DNA of 64,000 nt, taken from positions 6,808-70,807 of the forward strand of contig CAYILA010000001.1 in the NCBI GenBank assembly GCA_964364265.1, written 5' to 3'. The position numbers were made by a program, and so were the translations under genes. The stretch is from an uncultured Candidatus Saccharibacteria bacterium (GTDB lineage Bacteria > Patescibacteriota > UBA1384 > XYA2-FULL-43-10 > 1-14-0-10-43-13). Positions 39,779 to 49,229 of the stretch are shown here, in pieces (the stretch's first letter is position 1; the number at the start of each line of letters is the position of its first letter). A model generated the notes under the pieces. It searched no databases. It was not told where the DNA came from and saw only the letters and a program-made list of their open reading frames with translations.

Positions 39779-39854
39779 GCCAATGTAGCTCAGTTGGTAG
39801 AGCGGCACTTTCGTAAAGTGAAGGTCGTGGGTTCGAATCCCGCCATTGGCTCCA
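39779..39854 (+). tRNA. tRNA-Thr (CGT)
   Basis: GCCAATG...TTCGTAA...CATTGGC-T-CCA. Confidence 0.93.
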
Positions 39855-39873
39855 TATTTAAATAAATGACCGG

Positions 39874-40230
39874 TCAGCCGGTCTTTCTTGTTTTAATCCA
39901 GTTAATTAAATCGAAGGATATTATTAAAACAATCAAAGGGAAAACAACAATAATTAATTTATTATAATTGTAGGCGTCAACCATATTTCCGTGCATTACT
40001 GCCGAAACGGCGTGGGTGATGCCGCAGCCGGGACAGTTGTAGCGCTGGCCGAAAAGAAGGGGGAAAATAAAATTTTTAAAGATACAAATACCGCCAACCG
40101 GCCCCAATTTTTCAGTCGGCAATATCGTAAGAATAATTAGAAAGAAAGAAAAAACAACCACCCTGGCCCGGGATGAGCCCAGGGTGATCGCATCTCTCGT
40201 AAAAGAAAATAATTCTTTTCTTATTCCCAT
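39874..40230 (-). CDS. DUF2752 family membrane protein
   Basis: C.F.....CPGCGITHA...HG....AY.YN; next to a TM2 gene. Confidence 0.8.
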   Translation of the reverse strand: MGIRKELFSFTRDAITLGSSRARVVVFSFFLIILTILPTEKLGPVGGICIFKNFIFPLLFGQRYNCPGCGITHAVSAVMHGNMVDAYNYNKLIIVVFPLIVLIISFDLINWIKTRKTG

Positions 40231-40481
40231 TCAATGCCGGGGAACGGCTTTTTCATGGCGATTAAAATAACATCAACCAGCCACCAGATACCGCAGCCGC
40301 CGCCCGTTACTAACTTTAGTATTCCAAGTCCGACCTGACCCATCATAAATCTATCCACTCCCAATTGACCAAAGAAGATGGACAAGATCAAAGTCAATGT
40401 CCAGTTCAGTTTTCTGGTTCCCGAAGCCGGGGCCGCCGCTACTGCCGGAGCTTTTTCCGGCGTTGGTGTCTCTTCTGCCAT
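40221..40481 (-). CDS. TM2 domain protein
   Basis: FGQLGVDRF..GQVGLGILKL..GGCGIWWLVD. Confidence 0.9.
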   Translation of the reverse strand: MAEETPTPEKAPAVAAAPASGTRKLNWTLTLILSIFFGQLGVDRFMMGQVGLGILKLVTGGGCGIWWLVDVILIAMKKPFPGIEWE

Positions 40482-40668
40482 AATTCCTCCCTATAAATTA
40501 TTAACTTCATTTTACACCCGAATAATACGAATGTAAAAGTCATTATTTGAAAAATATTAAACTTGTAAACATTGCGTATTTTTCTTTTGTTGATAGAATG
40601 GGGCTGATCAGTATCGCGATGCGATGGTTTTGGTTTGCGGTCTATTAAACGGTCGGGAAAGAGGTAGC

Positions 40669-41136
40669 ATGGCAAAAAAATGCAATTGCAAGGAATTGAA
40701 AAAATCCGATTGGGACGAGAAAGAATTTATTTGGAAGAACAAGGTCTTTTATAAGACCAAATATAAAGAGTTTATGCATATACCACTGAACTTCGGCAAA
40801 GTTATAACGAAAGCATTTAAAGAAATCGAAAAGAATAAAATCGAAACCGACGGTTTTACTCTTTCGGGCGAGGAAAATGTCTTTTCGTCATCTTTGATGA
40901 TTCCGTTAAAAACCAAAAGTGATAAACTGCCGACCGAGACTATGTCTGGAAGTTTTATGACCAAACTTTTCGAGGGTCAGTACAAAGATGCCGGGGATTG
41001 GGCTAAAGAGATGACCAACTATGTCCATGGCAAACAAAAAGAAGTGGCTAAGTTGTGGTTTTGGTACGCGATTTGCCCAAAATGCGCCAAAAAAATGGGC
41101 AAAGTCCAAACCGTCATATTTGCGGAAACAAAATGA
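40669..41136 (+). CDS. Conserved protein with a GyrI-like small-molecule-binding fold
   Basis: FMHIPLNFG, TKLFEGQY and CPKCAK motifs; GAGG RBS. Confidence 0.6.
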   Translation: MAKKCNCKELKKSDWDEKEFIWKNKVFYKTKYKEFMHIPLNFGKVITKAFKEIEKNKIETDGFTLSGEENVFSSSLMIPLKTKSDKLPTETMSGSFMTKLFEGQYKDAGDWAKEMTNYVHGKQKEVAKLWFWYAICPKCAKKMGKVQTVIFAETK

Positions 41137-41276
41137 TGAAATATACAATTTAACGCAATCTTTTTTCAGCCAAAAATGTTGGCTTTTTTCGTTTTGTCAA
41201 AGTTATTCCGATGTCTTGATCAGAAATGATTTATCTCTAAATCACTTCGACTATGACATGTAGCGAACGATGGTGA

Positions 41277-41711
41277 GTGCTTGGTGAAAGGAGAGGTAAA
41301 ATGCGAATCAAGGCAGTAGTTGATTCGTATCAGACCGTAGTCGAGCTACGGCATGTGATTGCAAACTGCGCTTCTCCCGAAGTTTCCGGAGATATGAAAC
41401 TGGTGGCAGCCGAGCTGCTCAACGATGTCAAAGATTACAATCAAGGAACAAGCCGCGGAGTTGTAATCGAGGCGCAATTATATGAGCTGGTAATCGCGGG
41501 AGTGTGTTATCGGCGATACTACCAATGTATCAAGGATCACATCAAAAACGCGACACCTTTAGGCACCGTTGAGATCGCGGCTCGATCGGAGTTCGAATTC
41601 CTGCACCAGGGTATGCGAATTGTCGGGAAGCTGGGAGATGTTAAACTGTGCCCGGTCGGAATAATCCGGGTCACATTTCCAAAGACTGTTCCTTCGGGAG
41701 CAGTTGTATGA
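41277..41711 (+). CDS. Orphan hypothetical protein
   Basis: AGGAGAGG RBS before ATG at 41301; followed by a GC-rich hairpin. Confidence 0.55.
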   Translation: MLGERRGKMRIKAVVDSYQTVVELRHVIANCASPEVSGDMKLVAAELLNDVKDYNQGTSRGVVIEAQLYELVIAGVCYRRYYQCIKDHIKNATPLGTVEIAARSEFEFLHQGMRIVGKLGDVKLCPVGIIRVTFPKTVPSGAVV

Positions 41712-41809
41712 AAGGGGGTGTACACCCGCGCGGCCGGACTATAAGTCGCGCGGGTACTCTTTTGCAGAGCATTATGATAAAATGAAACAAAAGATAAAAA
41801 AGGAGGAAA

Positions 41810-41962
41810 ATGTTGATTGGAGTACTATTATTACTGATTGGAGCGCTTCTTCTGCTTCAGAATCTCGGCTACATTACCGGAGATATTTGGAGTTACTTCT
41901 GGCCGGTTCTATTGATTTTGATTGGCCTAAGCATGATGGTTAAAACATCTAGGAGAAAATGA
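41810..41962 (+). CDS. 50-aa two-TM protein (DUF5668/LiaI-LiaF-like), absent from the ORF track
   Basis: AGGAGG RBS; MLIGVLLLLIGALLLLQNLG...WPVLLILIGL; stop overlaps the next ATG (ATGA). Confidence 0.8.
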   Translation: MLIGVLLLLIGALLLLQNLGYITGDIWSYFWPVLLILIGLSMMVKTSRRK

Positions 41963-42858
41963 GACAGTTCTTCGCGATAATCTTCATAATCGGTTTCCTG
42001 CTCGCCGCAGTGCCGCTGTTGATGTTGACCAATATGAGAATGACAATATTGTCGGCCGATAAAGTTAAAACATTGCTTTTTGACAGCAATGTTTATGAAT
42101 TTATGGGCGCCGGGCTTCGGGAAACGATTGTTTCGGAAGCGAACACCGGCGTGGAAAACGGCCAGTTCATGGAGATATTAAATGAATCGCTCGATACGGA
42201 AACACTGCGAAAAGTAACCGAAGATTCAGTCGATCAGATTTTTGCCTTGGCTAAAAATCCCAACGCAGAACCGAAAATTACCATAACAACGAGTCAGCTT
42301 GAGGAGAGAATCAGAGAGGTGATTAAAGAGAAGGACTACGGCTCCGATATTAAACTTCTCAATGAAAGCGGCGAGGTTACTTCGACCTTGGGAAGCACTC
42401 CTTTTGGCGGCGATCAGGTTTATTCAATCAATCAATTTCCGGTTGCCGGCGCGCTGGTCCGATTTACTCAAGGCCTCCTGATTTCCGGCATATCGACAAT
42501 CGTTCTGCTTTTAATCATCTTTCTTGTCTCGTCCGGTTCAATGGGAGCAAGATTTAAGTGGCTCGGCGGTACATTCCTCGTTTTAGGTATTGCAATGCTG
42601 GGTCTGGCATACGCGAATATTTACCTTCTGCCCGGCCAATTTGGGAATATTGTCAACCGGTTTGAGCTTCGCGATCCTCGTTTCATTGCCGGAGCGACCA
42701 AGTTTGTGACCAATTTAACCGCCACCCAAAAAATTCCGTTGATTGTTGAGACGATTGCCAGTCTGGTTTTAGGAATCTTACTTATCATAATCGGCTCAAC
42801 TTTTAAACAGGAAAAAATCGAAATTGCGCCGCCGAAAAAAGTTCAACAGACCGCTTAA
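41959..42858 (+). CDS. Hypothetical membrane protein
   Basis: N-terminal TM helix, soluble loop, three C-terminal TM helices. Confidence 0.65.
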   Translation: MRQFFAIIFIIGFLLAAVPLLMLTNMRMTILSADKVKTLLFDSNVYEFMGAGLRETIVSEANTGVENGQFMEILNESLDTETLRKVTEDSVDQIFALAKNPNAEPKITITTSQLEERIREVIKEKDYGSDIKLLNESGEVTSTLGSTPFGGDQVYSINQFPVAGALVRFTQGLLISGISTIVLLLIIFLVSSGSMGARFKWLGGTFLVLGIAMLGLAYANIYLLPGQFGNIVNRFELRDPRFIAGATKFVTNLTATQKIPLIVETIASLVLGILLIIIGSTFKQEKIEIAPPKKVQQTA

Positions 42859-42992
42859 TTGGAGAACGAAACCGACTGAATCAAACCGTTCTTATAAATC
42901 CAGAAGAGCGGTTTTTTTGGTGCAGTGCTGTACATTTATCAATTTTAGTTGTATGGTGCAGCCACGTATTTCATTGGAAGGGGGACATAGAG

Positions 42993-43400
42993 ATGGATGT
43001 TTATTGCATCCAGAACATACCGGGCGAATACTGGTATGTTCGGCTCAGGTTTATTACCTCGTCCGACACGCCGGGGTTTTGGCGGTGCGTCCGACCGCGT
43101 AATAATCCGAAGATTGTCGCTCCGAACTGGAGCGAGTTCTATCTTCGGGAGTTGAAACATGGAAGTAGGCCGGTTCGGATGGTGGAGCACCGTTCAAAAA
43201 GCGGCCTGGTCGTCTATCAAGTTGACAAGCCGCAGTGGAGCTTCCCGTTTATTTTCGTCAGCGACTTTAGTGCCGCTGAATGGATCACTTCCTCTTTGCG
43301 ACTTGGGTTTCAAGCCGGCCGCAGGCTGATGTACCACTCCATTAGTAACATCGTTTGCGAGGTCGTCGATAACGCCATCAAGGGTCTGAAGCCGGAATAG
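42993..43400 (+). CDS. Orphan hypothetical protein
   Basis: 135-aa ORF with GGGGG RBS and a downstream GGGCGCCCCG hairpin. Confidence 0.5.
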   Translation: MDVYCIQNIPGEYWYVRLRFITSSDTPGFWRCVRPRNNPKIVAPNWSEFYLRELKHGSRPVRMVEHRSKSGLVVYQVDKPQWSFPFIFVSDFSAAEWITSSLRLGFQAGRRLMYHSISNIVCEVVDNAIKGLKPE

Positions 43401-43535
43401 AGGGGATGATTGAAGCGCACAATTCGGGCGCCCCGATGTTTCGGGGCGCCCCTTGCGACTTACATTGAAAGGTTTATGAGGTATTAATAATTTGTTATAA
43501 TGGCTATGACATTATAAAAATAGTAAGGGAAAGAG

Positions 43536-46500
43536 ATGAAAAAAATTGCTGCGGTTTTTTTGTTGCTATTTTCGTTGTTAATGTCTTCGATTTCGGTTTT
43601 AGCCAACGACTGGCCGGTTGAGCAAAGTAACACGACTCGCAACGCCTACCTCGGCGATTTTCCGGTTTCCTCTGACCTCTCGGTCCAATGGACAAAAAAC
43701 GCTGAACTAAATAATTTTCAACTGCCGGTCTATTCAAACGGCATTATTTATTTTTCTGAAGAAGGCCACTATATTTCCGGCCCGAAACTTTCTTATGTTT
43801 ATGCCGTGGAAAAATCCTCCGGCCGCGAAATTTGGCGAAAAACTTTTCCTGAATATCTAAAATCCGATATTTACGCTGGAGACGGAAAGGTTATCGTGCC
43901 CGGGGAAACTTTGAAATGTCTCGATGGCGCAACCGGCACCACAATCTGGGAGAAATCGGCATCAACCGCTGGCTATTATTTTGTCGAACCAATGATCGTC
44001 GGCGACAAATTAATAGCGATATATCGCGGGAAATATGGCGGCGGGTCAATCATTGGTTATAATCTGTCTAATGGTGTTGAACTCTGGAGAACAGTCCCAT
44101 TGATATTTTCAAATGGTAGAATTCTTTCAGTTTATAACGGAAACATCTTGGCCACTGTTTCGACTTCTTACAACGAAACAGAAGTTAGTAGCTTTAGTTC
44201 AGAAACTGGTGCGAAAAATTGGACGTATGTAAGGGGTTTCAATCCAAACGGGCCGGTGATTGTCGACGAAGTAAATGGGATCGGATTTTTATCTTCTATC
44301 GTAAATATCACCACGGCGATTGATCTAAATACCGGTCTGAAAAGGTATGAGTACCCGGCGATGGGGACGTATAACACGACCTCGGTTATTAAAAATAGAA
44401 CGGCCCATTGGCTGTCGATAATTTCAAGCCAAACATATTTTAATAGTTGCGGTTTGATTGATAAGGTTTGTAGTCAGAAACAAATCGATACCCGCCAAAA
44501 TTATTTGACCGGTATTGAACCGTTGATGATCGGGAACGATTATTATTATTTGACTAATACCGGCAAACTAAAGCGGTATAATGTGGCCGGCGGGATGGGG
44601 GATTCGTATTCGGTTGATCCGACCCGGACCAATTTGCAGTACCTCTTGTATTTTGAGGGAATGTTTGTGGCGATGGATTATTACAAAACCAAGATGTATG
44701 TCTTGGGGAGTGGCGCTGAGCCGATTGATGCCAGTTCGGTGGTGGAACTCGATTCTCCTTATAAAACAGATGGAGTGTATGGAAGTTATCTTGGTCAGCT
44801 GCATTCCCACTACATTCCCGATGTTGCGCTTTGGTCAAAAATATTCAACGGCGATCCGACCCCGGCCTTTACGGAACAGAAATACAAAGATGCCGGGTAC
44901 GATTTTGTCGCTCTGACGGAACACAATATGATTATACCGGATCCGGGGGTCGGCGGGATTTTGCATATTGTGAATAGTGAAGAAGATACCCAAGATCCTG
45001 GCGGAAACCATATTTTGGCGATTGGGGTTAATTCACCGATCGATGAGGCCATGAGCGAACAGGATAGAATTAATGCGGTGGCGAATCAAGGCGGTGTGCC
45101 GATTCTAGCCCATCCGAACTCAGCGATATATCCGTGGTCACAAAAAACATTATTTTCCTTAAATAATTACAATATACTAGAAATAAAAAACGGGGTCACT
45201 CAAAGATTAGATTATTTGCATTATCTGGGATCTAGCCTATCAACTGATAAATGGGATAATTTACTTGGTAGTTCAAGAAAAATTTTGGGGACAGCCGGAG
45301 ACGATTATACTCCTGGCGATGCAGGTTTTGACAATGCGTCTGTTGTTGTCTTTTCAAAAACCAATTCCCAGAGTGATATTTTGCAAAATTTAAAAGACGG
45401 TAATTTTTATGCCCTTCAGGGTTCAAGCGCCCCTAAAATTAATATTCAAACATCCGGTAACAAAATTACTATAAGTTCTGACCGACAAAGCAACATTCGC
45501 TTTATTAGCCGGGGAAAAACAATTCAAGAAAACAGGAACACCGCCTCGGCAACATATACGGCGAACGGGAGTGAAATTTATATTCGCGCCGAGGTGGAAA
45601 GCGGCGGCAAAAGATCTTGGAGTCAGCCGATCTTTGTCAACTTAAAACAGGTAGCCAAAACGCCGTTCCCCGGCGGTTACAAAATTTCATTCGCCGGAGG
45701 AACTTTGACCAGTAAAAATACCAGTCCCGTTGAAATTTCGACTTTATCCCAAAACCAATATCCGAGCAATTCTCCTCAACTTGGGTACTTGAGCCAAATT
45801 TATTCGCTCCTTTCGCAAAGCCAGCCAAGTGATGGGACCAAATTGACATTGAGCTACGACGGTAGAACGATACTGACGAATGAGAACAACTTATCTATCT
45901 ATAATTACAATTCCGGAAATTCGGCATGGGAAAAAGTCCCAAGTATCATTGATAAGACGAAAAAAACGGTCTCGGCATTTCTCTCCCATTTCTCACTCTA
46001 CACTTTGAGCGCCGAAGAACCGGAGGATTTGGAAAAACCGACAATCAATTTGACATCACCAATAGATATGAATGATTTATCCGGAAGCATTACTCTTGAA
46101 GCAAGCGCGGCCGACAACAACGCCGTCATAAAAACCGGTTTTTACGCCGATGACAGATTGATCGGCGAAGACACGGATCCGACTGACGGTTGGAGTGGAG
46201 CGTTGGATGTCAACAGCTTAAAAAACGGCGAGCACAAGATCATTGTTACAGCCGAGGATTTAAGCGGCAATGTCGGCGAGGCGGAGTATCTGTTCACCGT
46301 CACTTCTTCCACTTTTTTGCAACCTACTATTCTACTGTTCGAGCCACTCGAGAACTCCGAGCTTTGGGAACTATCCGATGTGTCTGGCGGTTTTAACTCG
46401 AATTTACCGGTTTCCGATATTTCGATTTTACTTGACGGATATGTTGTTGCCGAGGCGGAGATTTCCGGCGGTAATTTCTCCAAGGAGATAAATTGGCAGG

Positions 46501-47075
46501 ATTACAGGGAAGGGGAACATGAATTAAAAGTGGTTTTGGTTGATGAAGAAGGAAATATAGCCGAAACTGCGAGGACTGTAAATATTAGCGATGTTCCAAG
46601 AGTCGAAATAATCTCGCCGGATAAAGAGCAATATTTAGAATCTGATCAAATTGAGTTTTCGTACAACTCGAACAATGAAAATGTTGTGGCTGAATTGGAC
46701 GGGAATATTATTGAGAATGGTATTCATAAATTTGGTTATGAAATAGGACTTGGCAAACACACCTACATTTTGGAGTATAAAGCTAGAATATTGGCGCAAA
46801 AAGAATTTGAAGTTTATACTAATTTTTTCGATGTTCGAAATCTGATCACGATGTTTTACCAGGAAGGTGATTTTTCAAACAATGGGATTTACATTGCTAC
46901 CCTTTCTCAACTAAAAACCGCAGAGTCTGCGGACGCATCGGGCAAAGAAAGCTTGAGCGATTCACTGCTACAGCTATTGATTAAATTCATCGCAATTCAA
47001 AACAGTGTTGGCCATCTGAGTGATTTTGCAGAAGAGATATTAATTAATTCTTTAAATTATTTAACTAACATTTAA
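43536..47075 (+). CDS. Large secreted protein: PQQ-type beta-propeller, PHP metallohydrolase and Ig-like domains
   Basis: Signal peptide; A...SGREIW repeats; GQLHSH, ALTEHN, AHPN and GDD PHP motifs; NGEHKIIVTAED..GN Ig repeats. Confidence 0.8.
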   Translation: MKKIAAVFLLLFSLLMSSISVLANDWPVEQSNTTRNAYLGDFPVSSDLSVQWTKNAELNNFQLPVYSNGIIYFSEEGHYISGPKLSYVYAVEKSSGREIWRKTFPEYLKSDIYAGDGKVIVPGETLKCLDGATGTTIWEKSASTAGYYFVEPMIVGDKLIAIYRGKYGGGSIIGYNLSNGVELWRTVPLIFSNGRILSVYNGNILATVSTSYNETEVSSFSSETGAKNWTYVRGFNPNGPVIVDEVNGIGFLSSIVNITTAIDLNTGLKRYEYPAMGTYNTTSVIKNRTAHWLSIISSQTYFNSCGLIDKVCSQKQIDTRQNYLTGIEPLMIGNDYYYLTNTGKLKRYNVAGGMGDSYSVDPTRTNLQYLLYFEGMFVAMDYYKTKMYVLGSGAEPIDASSVVELDSPYKTDGVYGSYLGQLHSHYIPDVALWSKIFNGDPTPAFTEQKYKDAGYDFVALTEHNMIIPDPGVGGILHIVNSEEDTQDPGGNHILAIGVNSPIDEAMSEQDRINAVANQGGVPILAHPNSAIYPWSQKTLFSLNNYNILEIKNGVTQRLDYLHYLGSSLSTDKWDNLLGSSRKILGTAGDDYTPGDAGFDNASVVVFSKTNSQSDILQNLKDGNFYALQGSSAPKINIQTSGNKITISSDRQSNIRFISRGKTIQENRNTASATYTANGSEIYIRAEVESGGKRSWSQPIFVNLKQVAKTPFPGGYKISFAGGTLTSKNTSPVEISTLSQNQYPSNSPQLGYLSQIYSLLSQSQPSDGTKLTLSYDGRTILTNENNLSIYNYNSGNSAWEKVPSIIDKTKKTVSAFLSHFSLYTLSAEEPEDLEKPTINLTSPIDMNDLSGSITLEASAADNNAVIKTGFYADDRLIGEDTDPTDGWSGALDVNSLKNGEHKIIVTAEDLSGNVGEAEYLFTVTSSTFLQPTILLFEPLENSELWELSDVSGGFNSNLPVSDISILLDGYVVAEAEISGGNFSKEINWQDYREGEHELKVVLVDEEGNIAETARTVNISDVPRVEIISPDKEQYLESDQIEFSYNSNNENVVAELDGNIIENGIHKFGYEIGLGKHTYILEYKARILAQKEFEVYTNFFDVRNLITMFYQEGDFSNNGIYIATLSQLKTAESADASGKESLSDSLLQLLIKFIAIQNSVGHLSDFAEEILINSLNYLTNI

Positions 47076-47359
47076 AACAAAACAAGACCGAATATTAAAT
47101 CAGTAGCTAATTTCAGAAAAATTAGCAAAGATAATAGTAGCAAAATAATGTTGGCAGGTGTTTTTCTCTCTTTAATAGCCGCCAGCGAACAGATCAGCGT
47201 AACAAATGGTAAGATAGTTAAAATTATACCAATTAAGTTTACGCTAGAACTATTGGTTACTATGAAGTAAAATACTGCCCACAAAATCAAAAACACCCAA
47301 GCTACGATGCCGTAGATGTTGCCCTTGGAACCATCAGAACTCTTTTGAATATTTGCCAT
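47072..47359 (-). CDS. Small three-TM membrane protein
   Basis: AAGGAGGG RBS; hydrophobic helices. Confidence 0.6.
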   Translation of the reverse strand: MANIQKSSDGSKGNIYGIVAWVFLILWAVFYFIVTNSSSVNLIGIILTILPFVTLICSLAAIKERKTPANIILLLLSLLIFLKLATDLIFGLVLF

Positions 47360-47440
47360 TTCCCTCCTTTAATTCCACTTTGATTGTTTAAATTTTACCA
47401 CATCTTTTTGAATTAACCCACTCAATTTAAAATTAAAAAA

Positions 47441-47486
47441 TACCTTGCACAAATATGAGACGGCCGTTTCATATTTGTGCAAGGTA
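47441..47486. repeat. 46-bp near-perfect palindrome
   Basis: TACCTTGCACAAATATGAGACGG/CCGTTTCATATTTGTGCAAGGTA with one G-T mismatch. Confidence 0.8.
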
Positions 47487-47605
47487 GGAATGGATGAGTT
47501 CTTTATTATTTGGTATAACTAAATGGTGGGGGATAATGGATATAAGACAAGAGATAAAAGTTATTGGCTAAGAAACGAAAAGATTATTATCTATAAATAA
47601 CATGA

Positions 47606-48346
47606 TTGGAAAATATGAGAAGGAATTATCTGTACGATCCGGCGTCGCAGGGAGCGCACAAGATTAGCCGGAGTAAAATTGATCTGTTTGTAAAATGCCC
47701 CCGCTGTTTTTACTTGGATCAGCGACTGGGTGTGAAAATCCCGCCCGGATATCCCTTCAACATCAACTCTGCGGTCGATTTTCTTTTGAAAAAGGAATTC
47801 GATATCCATCGCGCCAAGGGCACGGCCCATCCCTTGATGCAGGAATACAAGGTTAACGCGATTCCCTTCGCCCATGAAAACATTGATAAATGGCGGGAGA
47901 ATTTTGTCGGTGTCCAATACTTGCACGAGCCCTCTAATTTACTGATAACCGGCGCGGTTGATGATCTTTGGGCGCGTCCGAACGGCGAGGTGATCGTTGT
48001 CGATTACAAAGCGACGGCCAAAGATTCGGAAGTGAATATTGATGCCGAATGGCAAGACGGTTATAAAAGACAGATGGAAATTTACCAATGGCTGATGCGA
48101 AGAAACGGATTTAATGTTTCTGAAACAGGATATTTCGTCTATTGTAACGGCAGACGGGACAAAGCAGCTTTTGACGGCAGAATCGAATTTGACATCAAAC
48201 TAATCCCCTACGAAGGCGATGATTCTTGGGTCGAGCCGAAAATATTAGAAATTAAAAAAACTCTTGATGAAGAGAGTATTCCGGAGCAAAGTCCGGATTG
48301 CGAGTACTGCAATTACACCAAGGCGCGCGAAAATATTGAGTGCTAA
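47606..48346 (+). CDS. PD-(D/E)XK RecB/Cas4-like nuclease
   Basis: CPRC, GAVDD, VVDYK, QMEIY and C-terminal CEYC. Confidence 0.85.
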   Translation: MENMRRNYLYDPASQGAHKISRSKIDLFVKCPRCFYLDQRLGVKIPPGYPFNINSAVDFLLKKEFDIHRAKGTAHPLMQEYKVNAIPFAHENIDKWRENFVGVQYLHEPSNLLITGAVDDLWARPNGEVIVVDYKATAKDSEVNIDAEWQDGYKRQMEIYQWLMRRNGFNVSETGYFVYCNGRRDKAAFDGRIEFDIKLIPYEGDDSWVEPKILEIKKTLDEESIPEQSPDCEYCNYTKARENIEC

Positions 48347-48413
48347 GCTGAACTAAAAAGAAAAGGCCATCCGTGAAGTACGGGTGACCTTTGGGGAGCC
48401 GGCGGTGAGCCGG

Positions 48414-48977
48414 CTAAGGGGAAGAGACGACAACTATGTGGAAACGACGCTGGCGGCCAAAATCGCGAGCGATTTTGTGATTGGGAACCCGTATATCAAC
48501 CCGGTTTCCCTTAATCGCGCCACCACGGTCATCGACTCTCAAAGTGCGGATATGACCCAAGTACTCTAGAGTGACGAGTGTGCCGGGAGTCAGGACCCGA
48601 GGGTCAGCTGCAATTCCCGGCAGGTGAGCGTTAACACCTTGCGATGTCCGGCCGCCTGTGTCACAGACTGAACAATTGGGATCGTATGCGGTAGCATCGA
48701 CGGTCATTCGCCGGAGAACCCGGTGATAACCGCCTCTTGAGGCAAGGAGATCTCCCCGCCGGAGGCGGGAAAATTCCTTGAGGGTTTTGACGGACAGCTT
48801 TTGCGGTTTGGGTCGAAAAGCCGCCTGCCTTCTTGTCGTCGGACTCGTCTGCTTAATCCTTACGGACTTGGCCGGCCTTTGAATCGATTGACTCTTTCGA
48901 GTGCTTTCGGCTCTTTGGCCTGCGGTATGCCAGCAGACAAGGAGTAGCCCAACGGCTGCAAGGGTGAAAATTCGCAA
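48414..48977 (-). CDS. 3D-domain (MltA-like) cell-wall protein
   Basis: ATAY, IAADPRV, DDRGGAIKGNRVDI, FGR. Confidence 0.8.
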   Translation of the reverse strand: MRIFTLAAVGLLLVCWHTAGQRAESTRKSQSIQRPAKSVRIKQTSPTTRRQAAFRPKPQKLSVKTLKEFSRLRRGDLLASRGGYHRVLRRMTVDATAYDPNCSVCDTGGRTSQGVNAHLPGIAADPRVLTPGTLVTLEYLGHIRTLRVDDRGGAIKGNRVDIRVPNHKIARDFGRQRRFHIVVVSSP

Positions 48978-49094
48978 GACTTTCTCCGTTCCGCCCTTCT
49001 TAAGGCCTTGAAATTCTATAATAAAAAGCTCAATTTGTCAATCCCAGAAAAGTGGGTATTGATATTGGATAATTTATCTGCTAAAATGCTTTCA

Positions 49095-49229
49095 TTCTGT
49101 CTCTAGCGGCAGTAGTGCGAAAACCGTGAGTGTGAAAGGGCGAGTGTCCCATCTTGGCAGGTCCTAGCCGATTGGCTGGTCGTCCTTTACCTCATGGGTA
49201 CAAATCAAGCTAGCCGCCGTGAGGCAGAA
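49095..49229 (+). ncRNA. Rod-shaped structured RNA, 6S-like candidate
   Basis: Nested pairings TTCTGTCTC/GAGGCAGAA, GCGGC/GCCGC, ACCGTGAG/CTCATGGGT, AAAGGGCGA/TCGTCCTTT; TGnTAAAAT upstream and a terminator downstream. Confidence 0.55.

Noticed and set aside
39586-39865. ORFs over the Gly/Thr tRNA cluster (likewise 55367-55899 and 17692-17895)
   Set aside because: Shadow frames overlapping tRNA genes.
41704-41943. 79-aa ORF in the provided track
   Set aside because: Wrong frame. The likely gene is the 50-aa two-TM ORF at 41810-41962 with an AGGAGG RBS.
49140-49175. SRP (4.5S) RNA
   Set aside because: CAGGTCC is present, but the GGAA tetraloop and AGCAG motif are absent.
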